Source: Octopus vulgaris (lineage: Eukaryota). From it: a DNA stretch of 64,000 nt. The stretch spans positions 8,618,001 through 8,682,000 of the forward strand of contig OX597835.1 of NCBI GenBank assembly GCA_951406725.2, given 5' to 3'. Of this stretch, positions 1 through 13,634 are shown piece by piece (position 1 is the first letter of the stretch; each line of letters opens with the position of its first letter). Both the position numbers and the translations under genes were made by a program. Below the pieces are notes generated by a model. The model worked only from the letters and a program-made list of their open reading frames with translations, was not told the origin of the DNA and did no database searches.

Positions 1-511
1 TCTTACAGTTCGTTGTGAACACTCCCACCACCGCCTCAGCGCAACCATACTCATACCAGTTCAGTAGAGATGCCACTTACACACATTAATAATAAAAGTT
101 AGGCATGACACACATATTTAACATCACTACCGACTGACCGCGTATACCCAACCTGTTCCTACATAACGATTGACCAATCTCCAACGAATAGTTTGTTTCT
201 TTTTTCAATTACTCTGAGAAATAAAATCCTAGTTTTATTGTTTCCTCCACCTTCACCCCAAAATTCGGCTAAGTTTTTACCTACAACGGATGTCTGTAGC
301 ATGAAACACGCGTCTGCATGTCTAGGAAACTCTGACCGTGAGAGATCTTATCTCTTACCCAGCAATTGTTTACTCGAAATAATAAAGTGTTATTTTCTCT
401 GTACGTTTGTATGTGCGTATGAATGCATACAAGCACACACGCACGCACGCGCACACACACACACACACACACAAACACAAACATACAAGCGCGTGCACTT
501 ACATTTAGATA

Positions 512-717
512 CAATAATCCCTCGTCGTATCGCGGTTCACGTATCGCGCACTCAGTACATCACGGATTTTTCCGGCTAATATATATAAATTTATATCGTA
601 GACTTCTCAGAATACTGCGGGTTTCTGTGGTCGATAGGTATTTATACTTTTTAAGATTTTAATCATTTCTATGGGAGGTTTTGGGACGCAAAAGCCGCGA
701 TAGTCAAGGGATTACAG
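512..717. mobile_element. pogo/Tigger-like MITE
   Basis: Imperfect TIRs CAATAATCCCTCG-TCGTATCGCGG (512-535) and CCGCGATAGTCAAGGGATTACAG (695-717); TA on the left flank; no ORF. Confidence 0.55.
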
Positions 718-1536
718 ATTCTAATTTTCACACATACTGTCAAAGTTCGTCGCCAATTTTCCCTTATAATTCTTGATACTAAATAGTTGTGAGATAAATC
801 TTAAAGATATTATGCAGCTTTTACACGTCACAAATCTATTTGTTCGGTGATTTGTGAAATGTTCACGTCTGAAGATACACGAATATGCCAACAATGTATT
901 TGATCTTAGGATCTGTGAGCTTTTAATACCACAACTGAGCCAATGTGGCATTTTGACTTTAATTAAATGGAAAATATGCAAAATAAAATATAAAACGAAA
1001 CACCGAAAGTGACGTCTTGTAAAAAGCAAAGGAAATTTGACTTTTGATGTTTGGCGTTATTTTCCTTGAATCTGATTTTAATAGACATTCAAAAAGAAAA
1101 AGAAAACAGAACAATTAAATTAGCGAGACAAAAACATTAACAAATAAGAGAAATAAGAGAAGATTAAAAGACAGAAAAAATAACTTGTTTTCTTAGTGTG
1201 GAAAGTTGATGAAATATAATGTCGCATTTAGTTGACATTTTGACTTGCAAATCTCTCGCTAACGACATCAGTAACATTATTTGCGATGAGGATAACATCA
1301 ATCCAACGTTACCTTCCCCACAGAGAAATACTTTTCTTTTTGCCTGATTGCCAAGGGATAAATTTGAACTTGTTTTACTAATTACTCAAACTTCTATGAA
1401 GATTGTCAAAGTGATTGTCATTTAACACTGCCATTGATTTCTTAGTGTCGAATAAAGATTTAACCCTTACGTTTCCTTTCCTCCTTTGTTTCTCCAAACC
1501 TGCAGAAAGATTTTGTTTTTTTTTTACTGTGAACAG

Positions 1537-1625
1537 AATTCGATTAGAAACATTCAAAATAAATTCAGAAGTCTAGTGGAACCTACATTGTCAGGAATAA
1601 ATTCAATCAAAAGGTAAACTGAAAG
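1537..1625 (+). CDS. candidate upstream ERGIC1 exon with an apparent 1-nt frameshift
   Basis: T-rich tract then CAG acceptor at 1534-1536; strong donor AG|GTGAGT at 1626. Reads NSIRNIQNKFRSLVEPTLSGINSIK, loosely like the ERGIC1 segment VQNIHGAFNALGG. It joins the phase-1 exon at 10737 only if one A is removed from the A4 run at 1609-1612. Confidence 0.35.
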
Positions 1626-3579
1626 GTGAGTGCACCGGGAGAAGAAATAGTCGACATGAATGGTTGATTAGCTCTATTCACTTCCGTAGAAAGTCTCCTT
1701 TAGCGGTGTGTAGTGTAGCATTTGAGAGTGAATCCACGAAAATAGAAATGAAAAATTTGTTAAATATACATTATTTTGGTTCATTACACTAGGTTTACTG
1801 CAAAACTTTAGCCAGAAATATTTCTTTTCTCTATTTGAAAAAATAAAAAAAAAAAATTTAATTTCACAATTAAGGTTAATTAAACCAACAATATTGATTA
1901 AATTTCTTCTTTTAGCATTTGGTTGTCGCTCATTCGTTGTCACTTTATTTATTTACCTGTCTTGTTGATATTTTCGCGAAAAAAACTGCACATTATTCGT
2001 TCACACAATACGCTAATAATATATTGTTGTCAAGCTGGTGGATGTGCCAGAGACGGTCACATCGTCTGCTAGAAATAGCAATCAATATGCTACCAAATTA
2101 CATAAAACTATTCTAAAACAGACAAGACGATCAGCAAATATTGCTAGATCTCACAAACACACACATATATGTATGCATATATGTATGTGAAAATGTACAT
2201 GTACCCATATATGTGTGTGTAGGTGTCCACGCGCGCGTGTCTGTGAGTGCGTGTGCGTTTATGTGTGTGCGCGTGTTGTTGTGTATGTGTGTGTGTGTTT
2301 GCTCAGAGCTGCAATTTAAATTGTGTTCCTGTTTTTAAAATCTCTTTTTCTTGTCTTCAGAATCTAAACCTACGAATCATGTTTTCTACTTTTCGCTTCA
2401 CTCTTTGTGATTTTCTATATATGGAACAGGATTTTAGATTCGTGTTTTTGCACATATCAATTTGTAAATTTTTTTTCAATTTCTTTCTCTGTTACTGCTT
2501 TCGTGGCTTTTATCCTGTTTTGATTTTTATTGAGCTTTCCCAAGTCAATTCCGAACGACCAAACCTATTGTCAAAGAACCTGCCAGTCTTGGCAAACTAA
2601 TTTTCGTATCAGAGTTTATGGTGCAATAAGAGATTATGATGCCATTGTCTGATTTCTCTGTCATTGCTCAAAACAGCAGAGTTGGGTTCTAGAGAAAAAT
2701 ATAGCTGCTACTTCCTGTTGGCAAACACACACACACACACACACACACACCTCACCCTGGAATAAATGTAGTTCTGTAACAGGTAACTTTTCCAATCAAT
2801 GGAATCGAACCCATACCTACAATCCATTCACTTGATGAATTACTTAGAGTGCGTGAAGTGTCCTGCCTGCAGAACGGGAGGCAGCAAAGCTTCACAAATG
2901 ACAACCCCGTCTTTTCATCGATTAGCCGTTTTCCTATCATCTTAACGATTAGTTTCTTATACGATTGCTCAGAGAAATTAAATAATATTTTTATTGTTTC
3001 CTACCGCCGCCACCTTCGCAAATAAATAAATTAATTACCTAAAATTATCAAACTTTGGAGAAAAGAAACGAAGACAGATTTAACAGACAATGTAGTAAAA
3101 CATTATAATTTAATAGGAAAATGGAAAACTTTTTTTTTATATTACAATTTTTATAAAAGAAAACAAGTGAAGCAGTGTTACTTGTCTTCACGAGCAGAGA
3201 GAAATAATACAAAAGACAAAATTACATATAACATATATATATATATATTATATATATACATATATACAGATATATATATATATATATATATGTATTCAGC
3301 TGTTCTTGTAAAATTACTATCATCATCTTGTAGCAAATTATAATGGCATTTTTATGTCCTATGTATCTCTTTCCTCTTCTCTGTCTCTACTTCCCACTTC
3401 TCTATCATATATATATATATATGTGTATGTGTGTGTGAGTGTGTGTGTGTCTGTGTGTGTCTCTGTGTGTGGGGTGTTATATTTTAATCTTACTTGTCGC
3501 ACTCGCGATTATATATTTAAAAATGTATTCAAACAAATATAAAAACTCAGGCTTGCACGCAGATGCACTGACGTATATG

Positions 3580-3652
<73 letters not shown>

Positions 3653-4304
3653 GTTCATATGTATGCAATGCCCGCAGATGTATTTATGAATACATACAGA
3701 GCCACTAGTTTATACAGAGTTTGTCTGATAGAAGGACTGATGTTTCGAACCTAAAACATTCTCACCAGATACACCGATGCGAAAGAGCTTATATCCAGAG
3801 TACGCCAGGTATATGTACGCCAGCATATGTATATTTATAGCGGAAACCGGTCGCCCTAGCTGCTGCAAAAGTATTACAGAATAGTGACCAACACTGCCGT
3901 GAAGTATATCAGAGAAAATACTCGAGGTTTAGTATTTAATCTCGGGCTGGAAGATAGGACAGGAACTTTCGATCCCAGACCACTTCATGTGATAGTAAAA
4001 AAAACTACGAAGAAAATTTTGTTCAGAATCGATCTGATCACTTCATGTGACCCTCCAACTCTGACGCATGTAGAATTAGCAAGGTCATTTTAGATAATGT
4101 TTTACCTCACCTTCATTTTGAGATCGTATCAAGCCTCTGGTGTAATACCACCGAGTTCATCGGTTGGTTTAGGTATTTAATCTCTAGAAGTCGATACCAA
4201 TTCATCCAGGTCAATAGAGTTCAGTACTGTTCTAGCGTAGTTCCTAACCCAGTGAATTAGGACCACATCTTCCCAGTTGTACAATAATTTATTTTATTAT
4301 TTCT

Positions 4305-4530
4305 CGGTGACGAACTGGCGGATTACTTGGCACTCCGGGGGAGATGCTTAAAGATATTTTGTCCGCCTTTGATTCAAATTCCGCAGGGGTCGACTTTACA
4401 TTTCATCCCTTCCGGGCCAATAAAATATATACCGGCTGAAACTAGGGTCGATATATTGGACCTATGGTAGAGTAGGTCCATTATATCGATACAGATCGAA
4501 TTACTAGATCTGTGCCAAAGTATTGAAACT
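4305..4530 (+). mobile_element. SINE family C, degenerate copy
   Basis: Similar to 59775-60004 (ttcaaattccgc..ggtcgacttt.catttcatccct). Confidence 0.6.
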
Positions 4531-4678
4531 AATATTACTTCACTATTTACCATATCTGATTTTTTAAAATATATTCAAACTTTGTATCTTCTCTAATATA
4601 TGTATTAGATTTCACCGACAAGAAAGTGTCTACAAAATCCAGGCGCGTCTAATACACACAAGCACGCACGCACACACG

Positions 4679-4765
<87 letters not shown>

Positions 4766-5318
4766 CTCTTCAAACCATCTTTGACTCACAGTAAACCAGA
4801 TTGACAATTCATACTGCATACCTACGAAGTGATTTCAATTGACAAAAACTCCTTGTATTATATACATTCAGAAGGCCCTCTCGCCAATCTTAACACAAAC
4901 TTATCTGGACCCAATCCTCTTTGGCAATTATGCTCCTTTCACCCTTATTCTTTCTCCCTTTTCCTACTCTCTCCCTTTCGCTACCCTTTCTTCATCTCAT
5001 CTATTTTTGCCCTGTCCTACGCACATCTATTTATCTCTATCTATCTTAGCCTGTCTCATTCGAAGACATAAATCAATTTTGATCGAATTGTATGGTTACT
5101 TTATTTCCCACTGACGAAAGTCTTCCCATCGCAGCCAGTTAAATTTGAAAAGTTTCCAATATACGTTTCCACTCTTTTTTGAAGATATCTATCAGAGAGC
5201 ATCGGCCAGGGTCTTGTAATCATTTCTCCTAACTAAGTTTTCGTCCCCCGAGGAAAACTTCTCTTTCGTGTTGTAATGATTGTAATCGAACTATTCCTCA
5301 GTAAAGAATGCGTTTTTA

Positions 5319-5748
<430 letters not shown>

Positions 5749-6162
5749 TTTACATGGCTTCCAATCCTACGTGTCAGGCAACGTATTCTCAACTCCAAAT
5801 GTAATCACCATCCTCTCCAGCGACCTTCACTCTTTACCAAGACAGCTAGCTTTTCCTGAAAAGGAAATATAACAGATCGTTAAAATTTAGCCCCGAGTAC
5901 CCAGTGGGATATGATCAAAAGATGCAAATTGATAGACGTCATCGTCGCAAACGACGGAGGATCTGGTTAATATTTTTGCATATCACTCTTGCGCTAATAA
6001 ATAAATAAATGTGTGTGTGTGTGAGTGTGCGTATATGTTGTGTGTGTGTGTGTGAGTGTGCGTATATGTGTGTATAAACTCTTGTGTTGTATCTGTTTGT
6101 CTTTGAACGGAATGGCGCTAATGAGTCAATAGATACGCTCTCGTATTTCTCTGCCAGTTTAT

Positions 6163-6320
6163 TCATCATCATCATCATCGTCATCGTTGTCGGCATCATC
6201 ATCATCATCACCATCATCATTATCATCATCATCACCGTCATCATCATCATCATCATAATCATCATCATCATCATAATTATCACCATTACCGTCATCATCG
6301 TCGTCGTCATCATCATCATC

Positions 6321-6354
<34 letters not shown>

Positions 6355-6498
6355 TCATCACCACCATTATCCTCACCATCACCGACATCATCGTCGTCGT
6401 CGTAGTCATCATCAGTATCATCATTATTATCATCATCATCATCACCATCACCACCATCATCATCATCATCATCACCATCACCGTCATCACCGTCGTCG

Positions 6499-6546
<48 letters not shown>

Positions 6547-6576
6547 CCATCACCGTCATCACCGTCGTCGTCGTCG

Positions 6577-6609
<33 letters not shown>

Positions 6610-6715
6610 CCATCACCGTCATCACCGTCGTCGTCGTCGTCATCATCATCATCATCATCATCATCATCACAATTATCACCATTACCGTCATCATCGTCGT
6701 CGTCATCATCATCAA

Positions 6716-6759
<44 letters not shown>

Positions 6760-6810
6760 CCATTATCGTCAACATCATCATCACCGTTATCATCGTCGTC
6801 GTCGGCATTA
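6163..6810. repeat. (CAT/CAC/CGT)n compound trinucleotide repeat
   Basis: Direct reading. Confidence 0.97.
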
Positions 6811-6911
6811 CCATTTCCAATGTCGCCATAATTTCTCGGGGCTAACAGACTTCAAATATGTCATATTTGGAGACGTTTTCTTTCTTCTTTCTATTGTCTT
6901 TGGCTTCCATG

Positions 6912-7276
6912 TGCATGTATGTATGTATGTATGTATGTGTGTGTGTATGTATGTATGTGTGTATGTATGTATGTATGTATGTATGTATGTGTGTATGTAT
7001 GTATGTATGTATGTGTGTGTGTATGTATGTATGTATGTATGTATGTATGTATGTATGTGTGTATGTATGTATGTATGTATGTATGTATGTATGTATGTAT
7101 GTATGTATGTATGTAGGTGTGTGTGTATGTATGTATGTGTGTATGTATGTATGTATGTATGTATGTATGTATGTATGTATGTGTGCGTGTATGTATGTAT
7201 GTGTGCGTGTATGTATGTATGTGTGTATGCATGTATGTATGTATGTGTGTATGTGTGTGCATGTGTGTGTGTGTGT
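6912..7276. repeat. (TATG)n/(TG)n microsatellite
   Basis: Direct reading. Confidence 0.97.
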
Positions 7277-7566
7277 TTGATTGACATTTTTTCTTTCTTC
7301 CGCTCATTAAAACTAAATCCAAGATAGTTTTAGAAAATTTAACGAAGCAGATAATAAATCTGTTTGCGATGCCCCCCCCCCCCCCCAGCACCCCACCCAC
7401 GCACCTTAATTATGCGCCATTGTCACCTTTACAAACTGCTTTTCGCTTCTCCTTTTCTTTCTTCATCTTCCGCATCAGTTTTGTTTTCTTTCGCATCTTA
7501 TTTCTTTCCCGTTTAATTTTCAACATTTATACTTCAACGTCGACGACGATAATGATGATTATCTTA

Positions 7567-8170
7567 TCACCACCACCACCACCACCACCACCACCACCAC
7601 CATCCTCTTCATCCTCTTCGTCCTCATCATCATTATCACCAATACCATCTCCAACAAGAATAGTATGATGATGGTGATGGTCATGATAATCATCGTCATC
7701 ATTATCATCATCGTCGTCATCATCATCATCATCATCATCATCATTATCGTCGTCGTCTTCGCCATCATCATCATCGTCATCGTCATCATCATCATCATCA
7801 TCTTCATCATCTTCATCATCTTCATCATTATTCCCACCACCTGCGCCACTTCTCTCCATAACCTTTTCCTTTTTCGTTATTTTCATTTTCTTGTCCTTCA
7901 TTTTTTCAGCGTCGTCGTCGTCTTCTTCTTCTTCTTCTTCTTCTTCTTCTTCTTTTTCTTTTTTTTCTTCGTCTTCTTCTTCTTCTTCTTCTTTTTATTC
8001 GTCTTCTTCTTCCTTTTCTTCGTCTTCTTCTTCTTCTTCTTCTTCTTCTTCTTCTTCTTCTTCTTTTTCTTCTTCTTCTTCTTCTTCTTCTTCTTCTTTT
8101 TCTTCTTCTTCTTCTTCTTTTTCTTCTCCTTCTTCCACTTCTTCTTCTTTTTCTTCTTCTTCTTCTTCTA
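7567..8170. repeat. (CAC)n, (CAT)n and (TCT)n trinucleotide tracts
   Basis: Direct reading. Confidence 0.95.
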
Positions 8171-8494
8171 CGACTGATTTCTTTTCTTAAATTTACTGTT
8201 CACGATTTAAGAATTGATATGATATGTCCCTTTCTTAAAATAAGATTTTGGGCCCTTCTTGGAGAAAGTAGATAAATCATCTTAAGCTCAACTAACAGAT
8301 TATCATTTCAACGAAAATATTCTTTTGAACGAAAACATTCAACAGACAAGGAAGCCGAAGATTTCTGAAAAGATCTGAAAACAATATTTACAGAACATTG
8401 TTCAACTATTTTCTGGATTCTTTCGAGGAATCTCCTCATTGGTAATTCACTAATTTACTAGTGTACTAGTGGCTATACAATACAGTTCTCTATT

Positions 8495-8993
8495 GTAGGT
8501 TATGTAGTAAGAAGTTAGAATTTCCAGCCACATGATTTCTGGTTCAATCCCACTCTGTGGCATCTGGAGCAGGTGTTTCTACTATAACCTTGGACCAGCC
8601 AAACCATTGTGAATGGATTTGATCGTCAAAAACTAAAACTGCCATCGTGTGTGTGTTTGTATTTATGTATGTATGTATGTATGTATGTATGTATGTATGT
8701 ATGTATGTATGTATGTATGTATATATGTATGTATGTATATATGCAAGTATGTATGTATGTATGTATGTATGTATTTATGTATGTATGTATGTATGTATGT
8801 ATGTATGTATGTATGTATGTATGTATGTATGTATGTATGTATGTATTTATGTATTTTTGTATGTATGTATGTATTTATGTATGTATGTATGTATGTATAT
8901 ATGTATGTATGTATATGTAAGTATGTATGTATGTATGTATGTATTTATGTATGCATGTATGTATGTATGTATTTATGTATGTATGTATGTAAG

Positions 8994-9024
<31 letters not shown>

Positions 9025-9269
9025 GTATGTATGTATGTATGTATGTATGTATGTATGTATGAGTGTCTGTGTGCACCTTCGTGTCTATGTTTGTTGACCT
9101 CCACCGCTTAGTGTATTTACGTTCCCGTAACTTAGCAGTTCGGCAAATGTGTCTCCTTGATTAAGGTACCAGGCATTCAAAACGATTAAATACTTGACTG
9201 ATTCATTCGACGAAATTTCTTTAAGGCCTTGCCCCAGCATGGCCGTAGGCTAATGACTAAAACAAATAG
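8495..9269 (+). mobile_element. SINE family B, old copy with internal (TATG)n expanded to about 400 bp
   Basis: Head ggttcaatcccact..tggca..tg.gcaggtgtttctactata and tail gccccagcatggccg.ag...tgactaaaac match family B. Confidence 0.75.
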
Positions 9270-10044
9270 TTACTAACAGATAGAGCGACAAATTCCTTAA
9301 TTCCATTATGTTTTAATTCAAAAGCTGAATAGAATATTTTAGCCTTACGTTCGGTTCTACACAATAATATAGTCATTTCGTTTTGCTAGAGCAATAATTA
9401 ACGCAATGTTCTCATTTTTATCATGGAGAATTGAGAATTACGTGAATGAATTTAGTTTTAAATGGAGATCAGTTTGATGCAAACATTTTTTTAAAAAAAA
9501 CGCTATTCTCTTGATTTTTCCCTGTCAATTTCGAAGTGAGTTGGAGGTTTATATCAAGAGCAGAGATTATCTTTATCGAATCATTTCAAAATTAATGACT
9601 ATGCTTTTGCAGCTTTCCTCCATTATTTTACGTTCGTGTATATTTTCCCACCGTTTATGTAGGAAATATAGAAATACTCAACTGTATTTTTCCAAAATAC
9701 ACAAAGTCCATTATATCCTACTCCCCCTCTTTTTCCAGGTGTGGGAGATATTATATTTAGCAGCTTTGGTAACAACGGCCTCCAAACTTTTTTAAGCGCT
9801 TCTGTCACATCATTTAGTATTTCCCCCATCTTGGCTACGGATGGAACGGATAGAGCTGCATTATTAAATGATTTGCTTAGCTATCAAGGAACGACGCCAG
9901 ACACATAAACAACTTCTGCCCTACTTGTTAAGAACGTTAAATTCGTAGTGACGAAATATAATACGAAGTGTAACATACGCATAAACATACTTACATGTGC
10001 ATTGGTATGTGTGTGTGTGTGTATTGGTACGTGTATGTATGTTA

Positions 10045-10249
10045 AGGCTGCGAGCTGGTAGAAACGTTAGCACGCCAGGCGAAATGCGTAGCCGTATTTC
10101 GTCTGCCGTCGACTGTGCCTTTCATCCTTTCGGGGTCGATAAATAAAGTACCAGTTACGCACTGGAGTCGATATAATCGACTTAATTCGTTTGTCTGTCC
10201 TTGCTTGTCCCCTCTGTGTTTAGCCCCTTGTGGGTAGTAAAGAAATAGG
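10045..10249 (+). mobile_element. SINE family C, internally deleted
   Basis: Matches 59775-60004; approximate TSD ggta(c/t)gtgtatgt. Confidence 0.85.
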
Positions 10250-10736
10250 TATGTGTATGTGTGTGTGCGTGAGAGAGAGGGAGAGACGGAGAGAGAGAGC
10301 TAGGGACTGAGAAAGAGAGAGTTTCTAATTAGAAATCCGATGTATATAAAAATTAGAAACATATATAAGGATTTAACAATTTCAGTTTCTTCTCTAATAC
10401 TATGGATTAAGAAAATATTAAGGACCTTCCTGTTTATACGAATCCCTATCCTATTCGCAACAACGGGACTGGTTACCCTAATCCATCGTTAATGTAAAGC
10501 TTCCACCCGACTCCTGCGTATCTTTAGCGAACTCGAGTCTGATATAAAAATTAATGATAGGTCTTTGGATTGAGTATAAATTCAGCCACACTATATTGTT
10601 GAATCAACAAAACTCTACGAGTATTTCTCCTCCACTACTAAATAAGCTTTACAAAAATAACCTAAAATTAACATCAAAATCCCTCAGCTCATTAATATTT
10701 CTATTATTTTTATTCTTTTCCATTCTATTATTAAAG

Positions 10737-10837
10737 AGTCCGTAACATTTGATTATATCATAAGAGTGGTGCCAACAGTTTACGAAAACATCAATGGCGC
10801 AATGCACTATCCATTCCAGTATACTTATACAACTCGG
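10737..10837 (+). CDS. ERGIC1: ERGIC1 homologue, internal exon (101 nt, phase 1 to 0)
   Basis: Pyrimidine tract plus AAG acceptor, GTAAGT donor. Encodes SVTFDYIIRVVPTVYENINGAMHYPFQYTYTTR, matching the ERGIC1 segment DYILKIVPTVYED..G...Y.YQYT. Confidence 0.9.
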
Positions 10838-11161
10838 GTAAGTTTCTATCTTTTTTTTTCAGGTTTAGTAGTAATTTTATCTTTGTTTGTTGGCTTTCTT
10901 GCTGTTGGGTAGCCTCAGCCATTTTATTTATTAAAATCCAATGGATTGATCTAGAAAATCGACAGGTCTATAATCGAAACTCGTAGACCAGAAAAATCTA
11001 AACACTTCAATATTCTACATTCATGGTTGCAAGTAAAAACCCCAAAATCAGGGCAAGTTAGAGTTCAGGAGGCTGGAATTTTAGGGAGGCAGTTCTTGAC
11101 AAAAAGGTCAATGTTAAGTGAGAAGGTAGTGAGCACAAAATGTGTAACGACAGAGAAAGAC

Positions 11162-11184
<23 letters not shown>

Positions 11185-11192
<8 letters not shown>

Positions 11193-11690
11193 TATTGGTG
11201 AATTGAAGAAATGGAGCTGAACGCAGATTGAACAGAAATCGTTTTATTTCATTCTACACGTGTTTCGAAAGGTACAATTTACCAAAATCCGATTGAATAA
11301 TGGGACCATATTGTGTCTTTCTCTTCAGGAAGAAAATAGGAAATCCGTTGGAAAAAACAAAAACAGAACAGTTTTTTCCAACGGATTTCCTATTTTCTTC
11401 CTGAAGAGAAAGACACAATATGGTCCCATTATTCAATCGGATTTTGGTAAATTGTGCCTTTCGAAACACGTGTAGAATAAAATAAAACGATTTCTGTTCA
11501 ATCTGCGTTCAGCTCCATTTCTTCAATTCACCAATAATATTTTAATTTCAATTATCCGCACCAACGAACGGTTGCAACACCATATGGTTGTACCTCCAAC
11601 CGTGCTGTTTACTGCTGTGATTTTTGCTACTAAGGTATCGGTTAAACTTTTGATTAATCTACTACAAGATTATTCATCTTTCTATTTCAC

Positions 11691-11695
<5 letters not shown>
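11185..11695 (+). mobile_element. PLE-like non-coding element in (TA)n with a 174-bp-arm fold-back (11185-11358 / 11371-11544)
   Basis: Near-perfect inverted repeat (about 2 mismatches seen), unique tail, TA tracts on both sides, hammerhead motif in each arm. Confidence 0.75.
11391..11484 (+). ncRNA. type I hammerhead ribozyme candidate (mirror copy at 11245-11338, - strand)
   Basis: tattttcttc-CTGAAGA-gaaag...ctttc-GAAAC-acgt-GTA-gaataaaata: stems I and II pair, loop III is palindromic, GUA cleavage triplet. Confidence 0.75.
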
Positions 11696-11730
<35 letters not shown>

Positions 11731-11736
<6 letters not shown>

Positions 11737-12172
11737 CAAACGAAAAAATTTCTAATGCCAAATATTCAGAAAATTGGACATATTGTCCATTACCATGGAC
11801 AGGTTGTCCAATGTTCGGCATATTTGGCATTAGAAATATTTTCGTTTGCCCTTATTTATAAGTTGTTTATAATTTTAACCTTTAAAGGTATTTATGCTGG
11901 CCATTGATAAAAATTTTTCTAAAAAATTTTATCCTACATTAAGTATATATTCATTGATTAAACCTCGCCAAGTTAAATATTTCAATCACCTGAAGAATGA
12001 CTGTAACTCGAATTTTTAAGAATTGGACAGCCATGAAACGATCGTAGTGTTATACTAATTATCTGTTTTTAATAATTTTGATATATATTTGAAATAATAT
12101 AAATTAATTAATCTTATGTATTGGCTTAAGTTTTTCATTGTATGATTTGCCTAATAGTGGTTTTATCACTAA

Positions 12173-12178
<6 letters not shown>
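11731..12178 (+). mobile_element. PLE-like element in (TA)n with a 5' inverted segment
   Basis: Inverted arms 11731-11780 / 11805-11854 with a small nested hairpin; 3' part nearly identical to 62735-62837; hammerhead motif inside. Confidence 0.7.
11987..12049 (+). ncRNA. type I hammerhead ribozyme candidate
   Basis: cac-CTGAAGA-atgactgt...acagccat-GAAAC-gatc-GTA-gtg. Confidence 0.7.
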
Positions 12179-12256
<78 letters not shown>

Positions 12257-12898
12257 GGTGTTACTATTTAGCTCACAGTGGAGACGGCTGGTTGAATTCT
12301 AAGACCAATTCATATCTCTAGCAAACATCAAAATCCCACAACTATAAGATATGCAGTGGATAACTTTATACTTCATAATTAGCTATGGTTTAATTCCTCT
12401 TTATTATTCTCTGCTGCTAATCATTGGATAATAAATGTATTTGGCAACGACTTCATTAAGGAGCGCTTCGTATTATCTTACGTTCATGTGATTGCTAACA
12501 GTGCATATGCATTTAGCACTGACCCCTTATACATAATAATATGAACATCAAGGATCTATTTAAGAGAAAACTGGTTGTCAAGCAGTGGTCACACACATTT
12601 ACGCACGTGCACGCACACACTCACACACATACACACGCACACACACAAGCACACACACACACATACACACATACAGATATATAATTTGGTAACCATAACA
12701 TTCGAACTTTGTAAACCCTCAGTTTAAATAAAGTATCTTTAGCGAAACATCGTAAATATTGTGAATATAATCCTATCAAATATATTTGATTCAACAAGTA
12801 TATTAGATACGTTTCTTGTTTAATGTTTGTTTTGTTTTTTCTTATCACACGCACACATACGTATGGCCTTGGTTGTCTGTCCCCTTTCTAATTGTCAG

Positions 12899-13018
12899 GA
12901 AATTAATTTCATGCAAGGATCTGTGACTCTTCCTGCAATTTGGTTCCGCTATGATTTAAGCCCCATTACTGTTCGTTATCACGAAAAGAGGAAGCCATTT
13001 TACACATTCCTGACCACT
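12899..13018 (+). CDS. ERGIC1: ERGIC1 homologue, penultimate exon (120 nt)
   Basis: ttgtcAG acceptor, GTAAGT donor. Encodes EINFMQGSVTLPAIWFRYDLSPITVRYHEKRKPFYTFLTT; PAIWFRYDLSPITV is characteristic of ERGIC1. Confidence 0.95.
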
Positions 13019-13591
13019 GTAAGTATTTCTTGTTTGAAACATATTGTCACTTCACTTGGATGTTTTTTGGAATATTATTGCAAAGGCAATATCTACATGG
13101 TTCAATGATCTGCAAGCAAGCCTTTTTTAATCTCACTGGAATCACCTGTTGTTCGATTTAAAATCGTTGCACAGTGTCTGATCATTCTTTGGTTGTAAAA
13201 CTGTTGTCCAGTAGCGATTGCCTGAAAATTCACACCAACAAGAATATCAAACAGTACCCCCTCCTCCACCTTCTCCTCCTTCTCCTTCTTCTTCTTCTTC
13301 TTCTTCTTCTTCTTCTTCTTCTACTCTGCGATTTTATTTATTATACCTTTGCTCTGTGTTTACATTCCAAAGTGCCATAAATATACTATATGAGTGCGTG
13401 TGTGTTTCTACACACACACGCACTCATACACGAAGTTCTCTGGAAGCCTTTAGAATATTACACCATAGAAAATTCCATCACACGTCATTTGTGCTGTATT
13501 CAAAGACGAATTTTCATTTAAATACAAACTTTCATTTGTATACAAAAATGTTGCTTCTATAATGTACACACACACTCACACACGTACACTC

Positions 13592-13634
<43 letters not shown>

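Noticed and set aside
3730-3775. Hammerhead-like CTGGTGA-gaa..ttc-GAAAC-atca-GTC on the minus strand
   Set aside because: The core is mutated and stem I does not pair.
8394-8441. 48-nt AG...GT segment as a possible ERGIC1 exon
   Set aside because: Weak polypyrimidine tract and no clear similarity to ERGIC1.
9623-9880. Minus-strand ORF with an amphipathic stretch and GKR (MGEILNDVTEALKKVWRPLLPKLL...PGKRGG), plus a good + strand acceptor near 9738
   Set aside because: No signal peptide, no recognisable family and no phase-compatible donor; cannot be supported without transcripts.
11254-11475. Pair of near-identical 71-aa ORFs on opposite strands
   Set aside because: A by-product of the palindrome.
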